A stretch of 64,000 nt of DNA from an uncultured virus (IMG/VR IMGVR_UViG_3300005965_000003) (IMGVR_UViG_3300005965_000003); one strand, 5' to 3'; shown: positions 47,354 to 56,668, counted from the first letter of the stretch. The notes: generated by a model not told the origin, from the sequence alone. A program made the numbers and translations.

Positions 47354-47800
47354 ATGATAATCAGGAGCCAGCTTTCTGAAGACATCAAGAAAGCCATGAA
47401 AGAGGATGATACCGCTAAGAGAGACGCTCTCAGGTATCTCATGTCCAAGCTACAGCAGGTAGAAGTAGACACTCGCAAGGATATCTCAGACGATGCCGCC
47501 GTAGATGTAATCAAAAAGCAGATTAAGCAGAACCGGGATTCCTTGCAGTACCTTGAAGGAGACTCAAACCTTTACCAAAAGGATAAAGTCACTTATGAGA
47601 TATCTACCTGGGAGGTATACCTGCCCAAGCAGCTTTCTGAAGAAGAAGCTACTGAGGCAATAAAAGAAATGGCGGATCAACTTGAAGCTACTGATATAAA
47701 GCAGATGGGAAAACTCATGGGACAAGTCAAAAAAGAGCTAGGAGCGTCAATTGATATGCCCATGGCCTCCAGGATCGTTAAAAATCTTTTGACTAAATAG
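47354..47800 (+). CDS. GatB/YqeY domain protein
   Basis: LSEDIKKAMK..D..KRDALR, IKKQIKQ.RDS, YLPKQLSEEE, MGKLMG. Confidence 0.9.
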   Translation: MIIRSQLSEDIKKAMKEDDTAKRDALRYLMSKLQQVEVDTRKDISDDAAVDVIKKQIKQNRDSLQYLEGDSNLYQKDKVTYEISTWEVYLPKQLSEEEATEAIKEMADQLEATDIKQMGKLMGQVKKELGASIDMPMASRIVKNLLTK

Positions 47801-47801
47801 T

Positions 47802-47975
47802 ATGGGAAAATCTATTTATATATCAGATAAACAATTTGAAGCTATCCAAATAGCCGCAGATGCTATACGCACTAACTGTGAGTCAGCCGGGGATGAATAC
47901 GTAAAAGAGCATTATCCTGTCTATAAGGAGTTAGAAAAGCTAGAACGCAAATGGCTAAATACACTAAGGAGATAA
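47802..47975 (+). CDS. small hypothetical protein (57 aa)
   Basis: Fills gap between YqeY and next gene; below track cutoff. Confidence 0.55.
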   Translation: MGKSIYISDKQFEAIQIAADAIRTNCESAGDEYVKEHYPVYKELEKLERKWLNTLRR

Positions 47976-47977
47976 AG

Positions 47978-48475
47978 ATGTCTACTAAAAAGAATACGTA
48001 CAATAAAATCATCTGTAGAGGACTTACAGCCCAGAAGAAATCAAAGAAGCTTGCGGATCTTATTGAGGAGGGATATCGTAAAGATCCTTCAGTATATGAG
48101 AAGCCGCTCACCAAGGAGTACGCTACTACCGTACAGAGGGCCGCTGCAGAGCTTTCAAAAGTAAAAAGTAAATCTCTTGTACTTGAGAATATAGAACTTC
48201 TCTACAACCGAAACATTAAAGCTATTGTTGCAGCTACCGTCACTGACGAAAAAAAGCCTTCGAAAAAAACGGTTATACCTGAGTATAGGAAACTTGAGAT
48301 TAAAGCAGCACTCTCCAGGGGAGTATCCATTAAGAAAATTCAGAATCTTTTCCCTGAATTCTCAACACAATCGTTGAATAGACTACATAAAGAGTTGAAG
48401 AATGAAGCAAAGAAGATGCGCGAAATGCGGACTTCAAAAAGAACCCGAAGAAATGGTGGCAGATCTAAGAGCTAA
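47978..48475 (+). CDS. basic hypothetical protein, possible HTH
   Basis: AAGGAG RBS before ATG 47978. Confidence 0.7.
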   Translation: MSTKKNTYNKIICRGLTAQKKSKKLADLIEEGYRKDPSVYEKPLTKEYATTVQRAAAELSKVKSKSLVLENIELLYNRNIKAIVAATVTDEKKPSKKTVIPEYRKLEIKAALSRGVSIKKIQNLFPEFSTQSLNRLHKELKNEAKKMREMRTSKRTRRNGGRSKS

Positions 48476-48953
48476 TCTCTGTAAAAGCTGTTATAACGAT
48501 TACTGTAAATTACATAGAAAAAGAATTAACACCGTTATCGGTAGAATCTTTGAGGGGCATAAAAGGAACGCAGAGAAACAGAATATACCCATCTCTTATA
48601 ACTTAGAAGATTTTTTGAGATGGGTAGGAAAGCAAGATCGTTTTTTCCAGCTTTTCCGCTTATGGGAAGAATCAAAGTATAACAGAGACCTTAAACCCTG
48701 TGTCATCAGGAAATCACCAGTATGTTACGATTTTAGTAACTTACTGGTTGTTTCTTATAAACAGAGTAGGGAGTATAAGGTATTAAAGAGCGGGAGACGC
48801 ATACAACAACTTGGTCATGATCATAATCTTGTAGCCGTTTATCCCTCCATAAGAGAAGCTGCCAGACAGGCTAATGTTACCAGACCGGCTATAAAAGAGG
48901 CTTTAAAAAAGCCCCATAGAAAATCAGATGGATATTATTGGCGCTATGCATAA
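48402..48953 (+). CDS. NUMOD1-containing homing-endonuclease-like protein
   Basis: CAKC...CKSC; degenerate HNH-like core; VAVYPSIREAARQ...GYYWRY. Confidence 0.75.
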   Translation: MKQRRCAKCGLQKEPEEMVADLRANLCKSCYNDYCKLHRKRINTVIGRIFEGHKRNAEKQNIPISYNLEDFLRWVGKQDRFFQLFRLWEESKYNRDLKPCVIRKSPVCYDFSNLLVVSYKQSREYKVLKSGRRIQQLGHDHNLVAVYPSIREAARQANVTRPAIKEALKKPHRKSDGYYWRYA

Positions 48954-49335
48954 TAAGTATTCTGGTACATACATGGAATTTATTAATGCTATTCTAAAGC
49001 ATGGGTTTTATGCATACATTCATTTATTTAGTGTATTGCTTATACTAGTCTCTCTTGGTCTTTATTTTATTAACCTCGGATTTGCCCTGATTCATGAGTA
49101 TGCAGCAATCCCTTTGGTTTTTGTTATCAGTTATATATCCTGTATTGCGGGATTGGGTTATGGAATGTTTTTAAGAATGGATTATAGCTCTAAAGAGAAG
49201 TCACTAAACCACCAGGTAATACTAAAAAATAAACTAAAGCTATATAGACTAAAGATGCGGGATCTACCTCTTTATATCAACGCTGAAAACGAACAGCTAA
49301 GAAGCTATGTGCTTGAAAAACTAAAAGGAAGGTAA
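48928..49335 (+). CDS. two-TM membrane protein with LPL-type tail
   Basis: Two hydrophobic helices; ends LYRLKMRDLPLYINAENEQLRSYVLEKLKGR. Confidence 0.75.
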   Translation: MDIIGAMHNKYSGTYMEFINAILKHGFYAYIHLFSVLLILVSLGLYFINLGFALIHEYAAIPLVFVISYISCIAGLGYGMFLRMDYSSKEKSLNHQVILKNKLKLYRLKMRDLPLYINAENEQLRSYVLEKLKGR

Positions 49336-49338
49336 CAA

Positions 49339-49752
49339 GTGGACCACTATCAGTTAATAATAAATGAAGAGCAAGCTAAAGTGTTGTCTGCGGCCTTAGA
49401 GTCCTACTCTCGTTTGATGGTTGGTCAAATACGTTATGCTTTGGAGCCCCTTACCTTCCAACAAATGAAAAATGGTAAAGATATAGATCACCAGAAACTA
49501 CGGGAACTATGCGATAAAGTAAAAGCCACTCTTACTGATTTTTCTCACCCGGGTGCTTCGTACGGTATTCATTCCAGAGAAGTGGATGACAGCGCCAGAA
49601 TGGCCTATGATATAAGAAAAGTCATAGAGCACAGATTATCCTATGACAGGAAACCTGAGGGTGGACAAACCGTTAATTTTGATATACCTAATAAAACCTC
49701 CCAAACACAGCCCTTACCAGTGATTTCCGTACTAATAAATAAAGAGCTTTAG
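49339..49752 (+). CDS. hypothetical protein
   Basis: AGGAAGG RBS, GTG start. Confidence 0.75.
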   Translation: MDHYQLIINEEQAKVLSAALESYSRLMVGQIRYALEPLTFQQMKNGKDIDHQKLRELCDKVKATLTDFSHPGASYGIHSREVDDSARMAYDIRKVIEHRLSYDRKPEGGQTVNFDIPNKTSQTQPLPVISVLINKEL

Positions 49753-49776
49753 TTTGCTATTCTAAAAAAGTATATT
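49749..49776 (+). promoter_or_regulatory. putative phage early promoter
   Basis: TTAGTTTG-N12-AGTATATT. Confidence 0.7.
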
Positions 49777-49895
49777 GATACCACAGGAGGAACTTATGAA
49801 GATAAAATACAAGCACGGGCAAAAAGAGAAGGTTACGATTGATATGGATTATTTGATATTCACTATATACATATCCAACCAAGGGATGATTAATA

Positions 49896-50936
49896 ATGGG
49901 ACTCTGTAATACTGAAAGATACGCTGGCGTACTCCGGGCAGCTAAAAGAATCTATCAAAATGCAACAGAGATGCCGGATGCATATGACACCAAGCCTATC
50001 AGAGACCATGCTCTTAATATCTGGGCATCTATTTTTGGTAGCGCTTCAAATTCTGTCCATTGGTTTATGGGTAGCTCTGCTACAAATGAAGTAATAAAAG
50101 AAAATTCCCCATGGGCGGTAGCTCTTATGGGACATTGGAAGGTGGAAAGGGAAAAAGACAACTTCTTCAATAAAGTTCAAGAAAATGCCCCATTCGACCC
50201 TTTTGACGGCTTCCTTGATATATCAGGGATACTCGAATTGGAGAGCAAAAGCTTTGCTCGGGTCTATGATGTGTATGCCTGGACAGAGCAGCTTATCTAT
50301 TACCTGCGCAGGTATGATGATGAGTTCGTAGTAGAAAATAAGGAACTATCCGATTGGGCGTCCGTAACTATGGGGCTATGCTTTTCTCATTTCGAACAGT
50401 ACCAGGATTATGCTAAAGCTTATCTGTATCATCAGATCTGTGAGAAGCTGTATAAAAACGACGTGCTTGAAAAGATTGCTCGTAAGCAGTGCTGGCACCA
50501 TAATCTTCGTTCCCGGTATCGGGATTACTCCCTTGAAGATCTCATGAATTATCATATGCGGCTCTTTGAAAAAGAACCCTCATTGAAAACTATCTTTGAG
50601 GTTGCTCTTGAGTTACAGGGCCGTTCGTATCATTATGACCATCTGTTTAAAGAATTTACGACATACCTTAAAGAAGAACACGGCTACACCGATACGGCTT
50701 CCTTCAAAAAGATCTTCGATCAAAATAAGAAGAAAAAAGAAGAATACGATAGCAAATCAACGGGTAAATACAGAGAAGAAAGAAAAGAGAGCGCTTTCCT
50801 TGCCATTCATGGATACGACTGGAAGTACAAACAACAGGAAAAAGAAGAACAAGAAAAAGCTAAAAAGCAGGCTACAGAAAAGAAAAAACCCTTTAAAAAA
50901 ACAGTCAGGAAGAAAAATGTCAGAAATAGTAAATAA
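49896..50936 (+). CDS. hypothetical protein
   Basis: 346-aa ORF with Lys-rich tail. Confidence 0.8.
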   Translation: MGLCNTERYAGVLRAAKRIYQNATEMPDAYDTKPIRDHALNIWASIFGSASNSVHWFMGSSATNEVIKENSPWAVALMGHWKVEREKDNFFNKVQENAPFDPFDGFLDISGILELESKSFARVYDVYAWTEQLIYYLRRYDDEFVVENKELSDWASVTMGLCFSHFEQYQDYAKAYLYHQICEKLYKNDVLEKIARKQCWHHNLRSRYRDYSLEDLMNYHMRLFEKEPSLKTIFEVALELQGRSYHYDHLFKEFTTYLKEEHGYTDTASFKKIFDQNKKKKEEYDSKSTGKYREERKESAFLAIHGYDWKYKQQEKEEQEKAKKQATEKKKPFKKTVRKKNVRNSK

Positions 50937-51627
50937 GCAGCATCTTGATTTCGACCCTCTGCTTACAGCCGAACAGATCACCGGAAAAAGCTATAAAGAG
51001 GATGATGAGACTAGCTCACTTGGGTTGGTCCTTCATATCCTCCATAATAAAGATAAACAAAAACGGCTGAATGAATCCATGGATACTTATTACAGCCAAA
51101 AAGAAAATGGTTTCATGGAAGTGGTGGCAGACCTGGGGTTTAAAAAAGTATACTCCGAAGATTTTGACGGGAACTATGTAAAAGATGAGCTTGCAGTTTG
51201 GGTGCTGAAAGAAGGGGTGCTGCTCGTAACCGAGACCTTTGGGTGGAGCAGCGAGAAAGAAAGATCTATTAACAAGGCAAGCATTTATTACAATATAGAA
51301 CCCTTGGACGGGGACCCGAACAGCATCTACCCCTGCCTGCAGAGTGGGGGCTTTCATAAAAACCCTGACGGGAAACTGATATGGGTTGGAAATCATGATG
51401 TGAGAGAGGGACTGAGATTTCATGTGAACCAACTACGGAAGTACGGTCGCTTTGTAACTCCGTGGTTCGAACAGCCACATCTTCACATATTTCCCTATAT
51501 TATTAAGGGACCTGAGAACGACCACAGATACCACTGGTACACAGACGCAAACAATATCCGGTTGAAAGCTCTTCCTGATGATGTAAAAAAGATGTTTGGT
51601 ATCAAGTTAGAATCCTATATCAACTAA
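50917..51627 (+). CDS. hypothetical protein
   Basis: AGGA RBS before ATG 50917; the track's upstream extension overlaps the previous gene. Confidence 0.75.
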   Translation: MSEIVNKQHLDFDPLLTAEQITGKSYKEDDETSSLGLVLHILHNKDKQKRLNESMDTYYSQKENGFMEVVADLGFKKVYSEDFDGNYVKDELAVWVLKEGVLLVTETFGWSSEKERSINKASIYYNIEPLDGDPNSIYPCLQSGGFHKNPDGKLIWVGNHDVREGLRFHVNQLRKYGRFVTPWFEQPHLHIFPYIIKGPENDHRYHWYTDANNIRLKALPDDVKKMFGIKLESYIN

Positions 51628-51640
51628 GGGTACCCCCAGA

Positions 51641-51874
51641 ATGTATATCCTACATAAAAGATTCGGCAAAAAAGCTATTGAGCTCTTTGGGTTTCATAAA
51701 GTAAGAAAGTATACAGATGGTGTAACTTTCTTTCATTGTGAAATCAACTTAGACCTCTTTAAAGGGGACCACAACCCAAAATTTACCATCCAGTTAATTC
51801 TTATGAATTTCACCATTTTTGAGTTTAATTGGTATGATACTAGACACACGGAGGAAATGAATGTCGGAGCATAG
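51641..51874 (+). CDS. hypothetical protein
   Basis: In + strand run. Confidence 0.65.
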   Translation: MYILHKRFGKKAIELFGFHKVRKYTDGVTFFHCEINLDLFKGDHNPKFTIQLILMNFTIFEFNWYDTRHTEEMNVGA

Positions 51875-52604
51875 AAACATTATAAGAATAGACGAAGATA
51901 TAAAAGCTTCAGAGTATGAAGCCTTATACTCACGCTACCTTTTAAAGCGACCCCTTAAAGACTGGCTTTTGAAAATAGATGGATCAAAAGGTAAAAAGAT
52001 CCTTGATATCGGAGGAGGTAACGGTCGCTTGTCCGCCTATCTTCGAGATAATGGGGCGGAAGAAGTGGTGCTCCTGGACAAAAATGCCGGTATGCTTAGT
52101 GGTTTCTCAAAGGATATCGATGGGTACGTCTATAGCGAAGCCTCTCTCCATAACGGAGTACTGATAGACTTCTTCAATATTAAAGACGCAAACCCGTCAC
52201 ACCGGACCCACTACCAAGAGCATTTCGATGTAGCTATTGCCAATCAATCCGTAAATTTCTGGATAGATGAGCAGAGTGCTAAGAACGTCGCAAGTTATAT
52301 AAGAAAAGGTGGGTTTTTTGTTTTCAATACTTTTAACGTGAGACCCCCAGAGGCTCCAATACCAATCGAGTATAACGATGACGAAGGGAATTCATATACT
52401 GAGATTTCCTATATCCCGAATCCGTCCAGTGATAAAGACTATGAAAAAGTGGTACACATCCAAATAAGGTCTGGGCACCTGCCGCATGTATCATCCTTTT
52501 TCTGGGTGTCTCCTAGAAAATTCCGTGAGTTCCTGGAACCCCATTTCACTACGGTGACGGAACTGACGGAAGGCCGCACATCATTTTATTTCTGTTTAAA
52601 ATAG
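51861..52604 (+). CDS. class I SAM-dependent methyltransferase
   Basis: ILDIGGGNG, VVLLDKN..ML, FDVAI, IRKGGFFVFN. Confidence 0.88.
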   Translation: MSEHRNIIRIDEDIKASEYEALYSRYLLKRPLKDWLLKIDGSKGKKILDIGGGNGRLSAYLRDNGAEEVVLLDKNAGMLSGFSKDIDGYVYSEASLHNGVLIDFFNIKDANPSHRTHYQEHFDVAIANQSVNFWIDEQSAKNVASYIRKGGFFVFNTFNVRPPEAPIPIEYNDDEGNSYTEISYIPNPSSDKDYEKVVHIQIRSGHLPHVSSFFWVSPRKFREFLEPHFTTVTELTEGRTSFYFCLK

Positions 52605-52605
52605 T

Positions 52606-53055
52606 ATGAGACTTAAGTTAGAGTTAGTTCCAAAAACAGTTTTTTGTAAGAACCTACGAAACAAACTAGGCCAATCACGATGGTCCTCCTTATCAAAACA
52701 GGTGAGGGCGGCGAATCACTACACCTGCCAGTACTGCGGTGCTAAGGAAGACAGGTCAAAGGGTTTTTACACGCATCTTCACGAGGTCTGGGAGTATGAT
52801 GACGAGAACCATGTTCAAAGGTTAGACCGCTTTGAATGCCTTTGCCCAAACTGTCACTCGGTACATCATTGGGGTCTTTCTCAGATACGAGGGCTCAATA
52901 TGGATTTTCTTTTAGCACACGCTTGCAAAGTAAACGAGTGTGCCAAAGAGGAATTTAAAAATCATATATATGAGTCATTCAAGAGATGGCGGGATAGATC
53001 TGCCGAAACCTCTTGGAAACTCGATTTAGGTACGTACGAGGAACTTTTCAAATGA
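52606..53055 (+). CDS. HNH endonuclease
   Basis: CQYCG...HLHEVW...CLCPNCHSVHH. Confidence 0.85.
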   Translation: MRLKLELVPKTVFCKNLRNKLGQSRWSSLSKQVRAANHYTCQYCGAKEDRSKGFYTHLHEVWEYDDENHVQRLDRFECLCPNCHSVHHWGLSQIRGLNMDFLLAHACKVNECAKEEFKNHIYESFKRWRDRSAETSWKLDLGTYEELFK

Positions 53056-53322
53056 AAAGACAAATAATAGACTCGACAAAAACAGACGTTAGAAATACAA
53101 AAATGATCCATTCAGGTAGGGTTAGAGATCGATAGAGATCTAAACGCAGCTCAAAACATATTGCGGCAGGGTTTGCCGTCAAAGCTTGTGGAGAGGCAAG
53201 CTCTGGTACTCCAGCCTTCGCTGGTTTACGAAACTGGCCTCTGGGAAACAAGAAATTAACTTAAAACTTAAAGGGCATAGAAAGGTGTCCCTTTAAACTT
53301 TTTATAAGTTTAATAAACCAGG
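53056..53322 (+). mobile_element. internally deleted IS607/IS605-type element: TnpB C-terminal remnant with putative omega-RNA and right end
   Basis: 53119-53259 translates GLEIDRDLNAAQNILRQG...ETRN* (TnpB DRDxNAAxNI motif) with no start codon; downstream hairpins; boundaries approximate. Confidence 0.7.
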
Positions 53323-53328
53323 CCTATT

Positions 53329-53985
53329 ATGATGACTGATGCACAAAGAGATTCACTAATAGAAGAAGTCGTTACACAATTCATCGAAGACGAAGAGATG
53401 TTTACCTCTGTGGACATCGCAAATACCATCAAAAAAGAAGGAATTTGGATCCGGAACATCGAGGTTAGGGATTGGCTCAGAGAAAATGCCGATGACGCCG
53501 ATATCTTCGGTGACTACGAGTACGGACCAATCCTGGTATGTAATGGGGCTCGTCACGCAACCGTTTACTATCCCAGTTACAGAAACCCTCAAGAGTATGA
53601 GCCCACCAACCAGAAAGCTCTTACCCCCTCTGAAGTTGAAGCTATCCACAGGTCAAGGCATCCGGGCACCAATACCCCAACTGCTAAAGATTCTGACGGA
53701 AAGGCCGTAGACCTTCTAGATCTCCTTGATGATGTTGAAATGGAGAGGGTTATCGCTTCGTCCGAACGCATCAAGATTCCCGGGGCTATGATCCGGAAAC
53801 TCGGATACAAACCGGGGGACACTGTTGATCCTTCCATTATCAAAACGCACTCTCCGATACCGAAGCGGTTGAAGGTGAACAAAGATTACAGGCTCAGTAT
53901 TCCTAGGACTTGTGTGAACTGGTCCAATAATCCTATTAAGGTGAAGCTGAAGGAAAATAAAGAAATCATCTTTGAAAAAGCATAA
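53329..53985 (+). CDS. hypothetical protein with possible AbrB-like C-terminal domain
   Basis: RIKIPGAMIRKLGYKPGDTV and YRLSIPR patterns. Confidence 0.75.
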   Translation: MMTDAQRDSLIEEVVTQFIEDEEMFTSVDIANTIKKEGIWIRNIEVRDWLRENADDADIFGDYEYGPILVCNGARHATVYYPSYRNPQEYEPTNQKALTPSEVEAIHRSRHPGTNTPTAKDSDGKAVDLLDLLDDVEMERVIASSERIKIPGAMIRKLGYKPGDTVDPSIIKTHSPIPKRLKVNKDYRLSIPRTCVNWSNNPIKVKLKENKEIIFEKA

Positions 53986-53992
53986 GCTTTTG

Positions 53993-54109
53993 GGCGGTGT
54001 GAGCCAAAGGGGCTGAATACACGGCCCTTTGCTTTAAGGCAAATTCAATTCTTTAAAACGGATCTAAGATCTGTAGGAAGAATAAACCTGCCAGCTCCAC
54101 CGCCTTTTT
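53993..54109 (+). ncRNA. candidate cloverleaf-like structured RNA
   Basis: Closing stem GGCGGTG-T-GAGC/GCTC-CACCGCC plus four internal hairpins, followed by TTTTT. Confidence 0.55.
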
Positions 54110-54191
54110 AATCTTGAGGAAAAATGGTAAGAATATTTTATAAAATTGGATTTATTACTATTTATACTAATCACGAATACGCGAGATACTG

Positions 54192-54719
54192 ATGCTACAC
54201 TATATAATCGGAAACGCCCTAAAGCCCGTAAAGAAACCGGCTGCAATTTTGCATGTGTGCAACGACATAGGTGGATGGGGAGCAGGCTTTGTAGTCGCTA
54301 TATCTCAGATAGATAAAAGACCCGAGCAAGCCTATAGACGTTGGTACGCCGAGGGTAAGCCAGCCGGATGCCCTGAGCCCTTCGCTCTGGGAAACATACA
54401 AAGTGTTCCTATAAAAGATGGTATAACTATAGTAAACATGATTGGACAACATGGCACGGCTCCCCAGAACGGAGTACCTCCTATACGTTACGAGGCCCTT
54501 GAGAGATGTCTTTCAAAAGTATATTCAAAAATAAAGACCGGAGGCACCGTACATATGCCTCGAATAGGAGCCGGTCTGGCTGGTGGTAACTGGGAAAAAA
54601 TAGAGGGCATTATAAAAAAGAGTATGACTGTAACCACCTTTGTTTATACTCTTCCTCACGAAGTAAAAAAATTCCCTCTTCCTTCCTATATTCACGCCGA
54701 AGATTATGAAAATGAATAA
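54192..54719 (+). CDS. macrodomain protein (ADP-ribose processing)
   Basis: HVCNDIGGWGAGFVVAI, NMIGQHG, VHMPRIGAGLAGGNW. Confidence 0.92.
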   Translation: MLHYIIGNALKPVKKPAAILHVCNDIGGWGAGFVVAISQIDKRPEQAYRRWYAEGKPAGCPEPFALGNIQSVPIKDGITIVNMIGQHGTAPQNGVPPIRYEALERCLSKVYSKIKTGGTVHMPRIGAGLAGGNWEKIEGIIKKSMTVTTFVYTLPHEVKKFPLPSYIHAEDYENE

Positions 54720-55263
54720 GTATAGAGCAACGCTAGAGCTTACAAAGGTATTTAATTTTAAGAATGAGCCCGAACTCTGCATAAGAGTCATAGACCTCAT
54801 ATCAACCACCTCCGAGAAAATCAGCTATCAGCATTACAAAAAGGTTGAAGAAGAAATAGAGGGTATGAATTACAGCCCTTCTGAAGTTAAGAGAATTCAC
54901 ATTGATGCCTTATCAGAGGAATTTTATTATAACGCTGAAGCAGATATAGAGATATCTTACTGTAATTCCATGGATTATTGGTCCGGGGCTAGAGAGACCG
55001 ATATTTATGTGGATATATCTATTATAGATTATGAGAAACGTGGGAAAGTCACAGATAGCTCTTTCGAACCAGAAGTTTACCAGGAATTCCCTAAGTTTTA
55101 TGTTGAAAACAACAACGGTGGCAACTTCATTAAAATAGCCAGATTGAATAATGATAAGCTACTTGTACACGTAGCTCAGTCTTGTGTAAGTAGAAAGTAC
55201 ACAATACAAACAAATAGACTTTGTGGCATGCTAATGGATATAGACTTTTCGAAAAAAGATTAA
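54706..55263 (+). CDS. hypothetical protein
   Basis: Overlaps macrodomain stop. Confidence 0.7.
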   Translation: MKMNKYRATLELTKVFNFKNEPELCIRVIDLISTTSEKISYQHYKKVEEEIEGMNYSPSEVKRIHIDALSEEFYYNAEADIEISYCNSMDYWSGARETDIYVDISIIDYEKRGKVTDSSFEPEVYQEFPKFYVENNNGGNFIKIARLNNDKLLVHVAQSCVSRKYTIQTNRLCGMLMDIDFSKKD

Positions 55264-55283
55264 CAAAAAAAATAGGGACGGCT

Positions 55284-55799
55284 ATGAGTAAACTTTGTAT
55301 TGGACTGTTCGGCACCTGTGGGAAAAGTACCTGGAGAAAACCATTTATAAGGGAATACCAAAACCGGGGCATGGTTGAGGGGATCAACTTTTTTAACCCC
55401 CAAGTAGAAAATTGGGATCCTTCATGCGCTGAGATAGAGACAGAGCACCTGGCTGAAGACTCAATTATCCTTTTTCCGGTAACCAGCGAGACTTATGCCT
55501 TTGGTAGTCTTTCAGAAGTAGGGTTCTCAATTCTGAGTGCAATAAAGCTGGATGATCGAAGAGATATCGTAATCTTGATAGACCAACATCTAGATCCTGA
55601 ACTTATGAAAGACGAGAGCCAAGCAAAAGATTCCTTGCGGTCGAGGGCTCTGGTAAAACAGCATTTGAAAAAGCTGAGACATAATAATCTTTATGTCGTT
55701 AATACGTTGGAGGAGATGTTTGATCTTAGTCTTATTCTGTATCAGTCGCAGGAGCTTCTGGTAAATTACCAGAAACAATTTAACCCAAAAAATAAGTAG
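55284..55799 (+). CDS. nucleoside 2-deoxyribosyltransferase-like protein
   Basis: IGLFGTCG.STWR, FFNPQVENW, ILFPVTSET...GSLSEVG with conserved Glu. Confidence 0.7.
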   Translation: MSKLCIGLFGTCGKSTWRKPFIREYQNRGMVEGINFFNPQVENWDPSCAEIETEHLAEDSIILFPVTSETYAFGSLSEVGFSILSAIKLDDRRDIVILIDQHLDPELMKDESQAKDSLRSRALVKQHLKKLRHNNLYVVNTLEEMFDLSLILYQSQELLVNYQKQFNPKNK

Positions 55800-55807
55800 G
55801 GATAAAG

Positions 55808-56395
55808 ATGAGAGTACTAACGAAAAAAGTTATCAAAGAAACAGCTCCGGTAAACCTCATAGAAGCTAAATTTGAGGATCAAAATGGAGAAGTTAAGCCG
55901 TGGGTATATGTCGAACGAAAGAAAAATCAATTTGCCGTATTTGTTGTAGCAATCATTAAAGACTCTCCGGCTCCTGTTAGTGCTAAGACCTTTATTGAGT
56001 CCCCTCAATTGATTCTAAACAAAGAATATAGGGTTCCTATCCAAGCTTACTGCTACGATCTCCCCGCTGGGTTAGCCGAGATCAACGAATCCCCCATTGA
56101 AGCAGCTAAACGGGAACTGCTGGAAGAAACAGGCTACGAGCTCTCTGAAATACTCAGCGTCTCACCAAGAAATTACTCGTCCCCGGGGATTACTAACGAG
56201 TACTGTTATATCGTATACGGATATGCCTCTCCTGTGAGAAAAGAAACCGCACGGGAAGCTTCCGAGGATATACATACGGTACTGGTGAATAGAGATGAAG
56301 CCCAGCACATTTTAGATAACCCTAATTTAAATCTGGGCACCAGAGCTTATATGTCCTTACGACAGTTCGTCTCAGAAGGTCTTTTTAGGAGATAG
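55808..56395 (+). CDS. Nudix hydrolase, ADP-ribose pyrophosphatase-like
   Basis: EYRVPI, LPAGL, Nudix box GLAEINESPIEAAKRELLEETGY, YSSPGITNE, EASEDI. Confidence 0.9.
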   Translation: MRVLTKKVIKETAPVNLIEAKFEDQNGEVKPWVYVERKKNQFAVFVVAIIKDSPAPVSAKTFIESPQLILNKEYRVPIQAYCYDLPAGLAEINESPIEAAKRELLEETGYELSEILSVSPRNYSSPGITNEYCYIVYGYASPVRKETAREASEDIHTVLVNRDEAQHILDNPNLNLGTRAYMSLRQFVSEGLFRR

Positions 56396-56396
56396 T

Positions 56397-56627
56397 ATGC
56401 TACCTACACCGGCAATAACAGAAATTATTGAGGCCTGGTCCGCTTCTAATGGTATAGATATAGGGATAAAGGATGCCATTAAACTTGCTACTATGATTGA
56501 GAAGAAAATAGTTACCGAATATCCCCATACGGTACAGTGTCGTTGTGGTAATGCGGCAACCTACCACCTATGTACATACCATTATTTTAATGATATGTTA
56601 AAAAAGGATATTACTAAAGAAGAATGA
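56397..56627 (+). CDS. small Cys/His protein
   Basis: AGGAG RBS; CRCG...LC..H. Confidence 0.6.
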   Translation: MLPTPAITEIIEAWSASNGIDIGIKDAIKLATMIEKKIVTEYPHTVQCRCGNAATYHLCTYHYFNDMLKKDITKEE

Positions 56628-56668
56628 ACTGTCCTGCGATATTCGTTAATTCATTGTTTAAATTCTTT

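Noticed and set aside
53993..54104. tRNA-Sec or opal suppressor tRNA (TCA in the second arm loop, long variable arm)
   Set aside because: The loop is 11 nt, and there is no T-loop consensus, D-loop GG or CCA/discriminator. Kept only as an unclassified structured RNA.
54515..54526. AAAAGTATATT promoter core inside the macrodomain gene
   Set aside because: It lies in coding sequence (SKVYS) and lacks the upstream TTAATTAG-like box, so it is probably chance.
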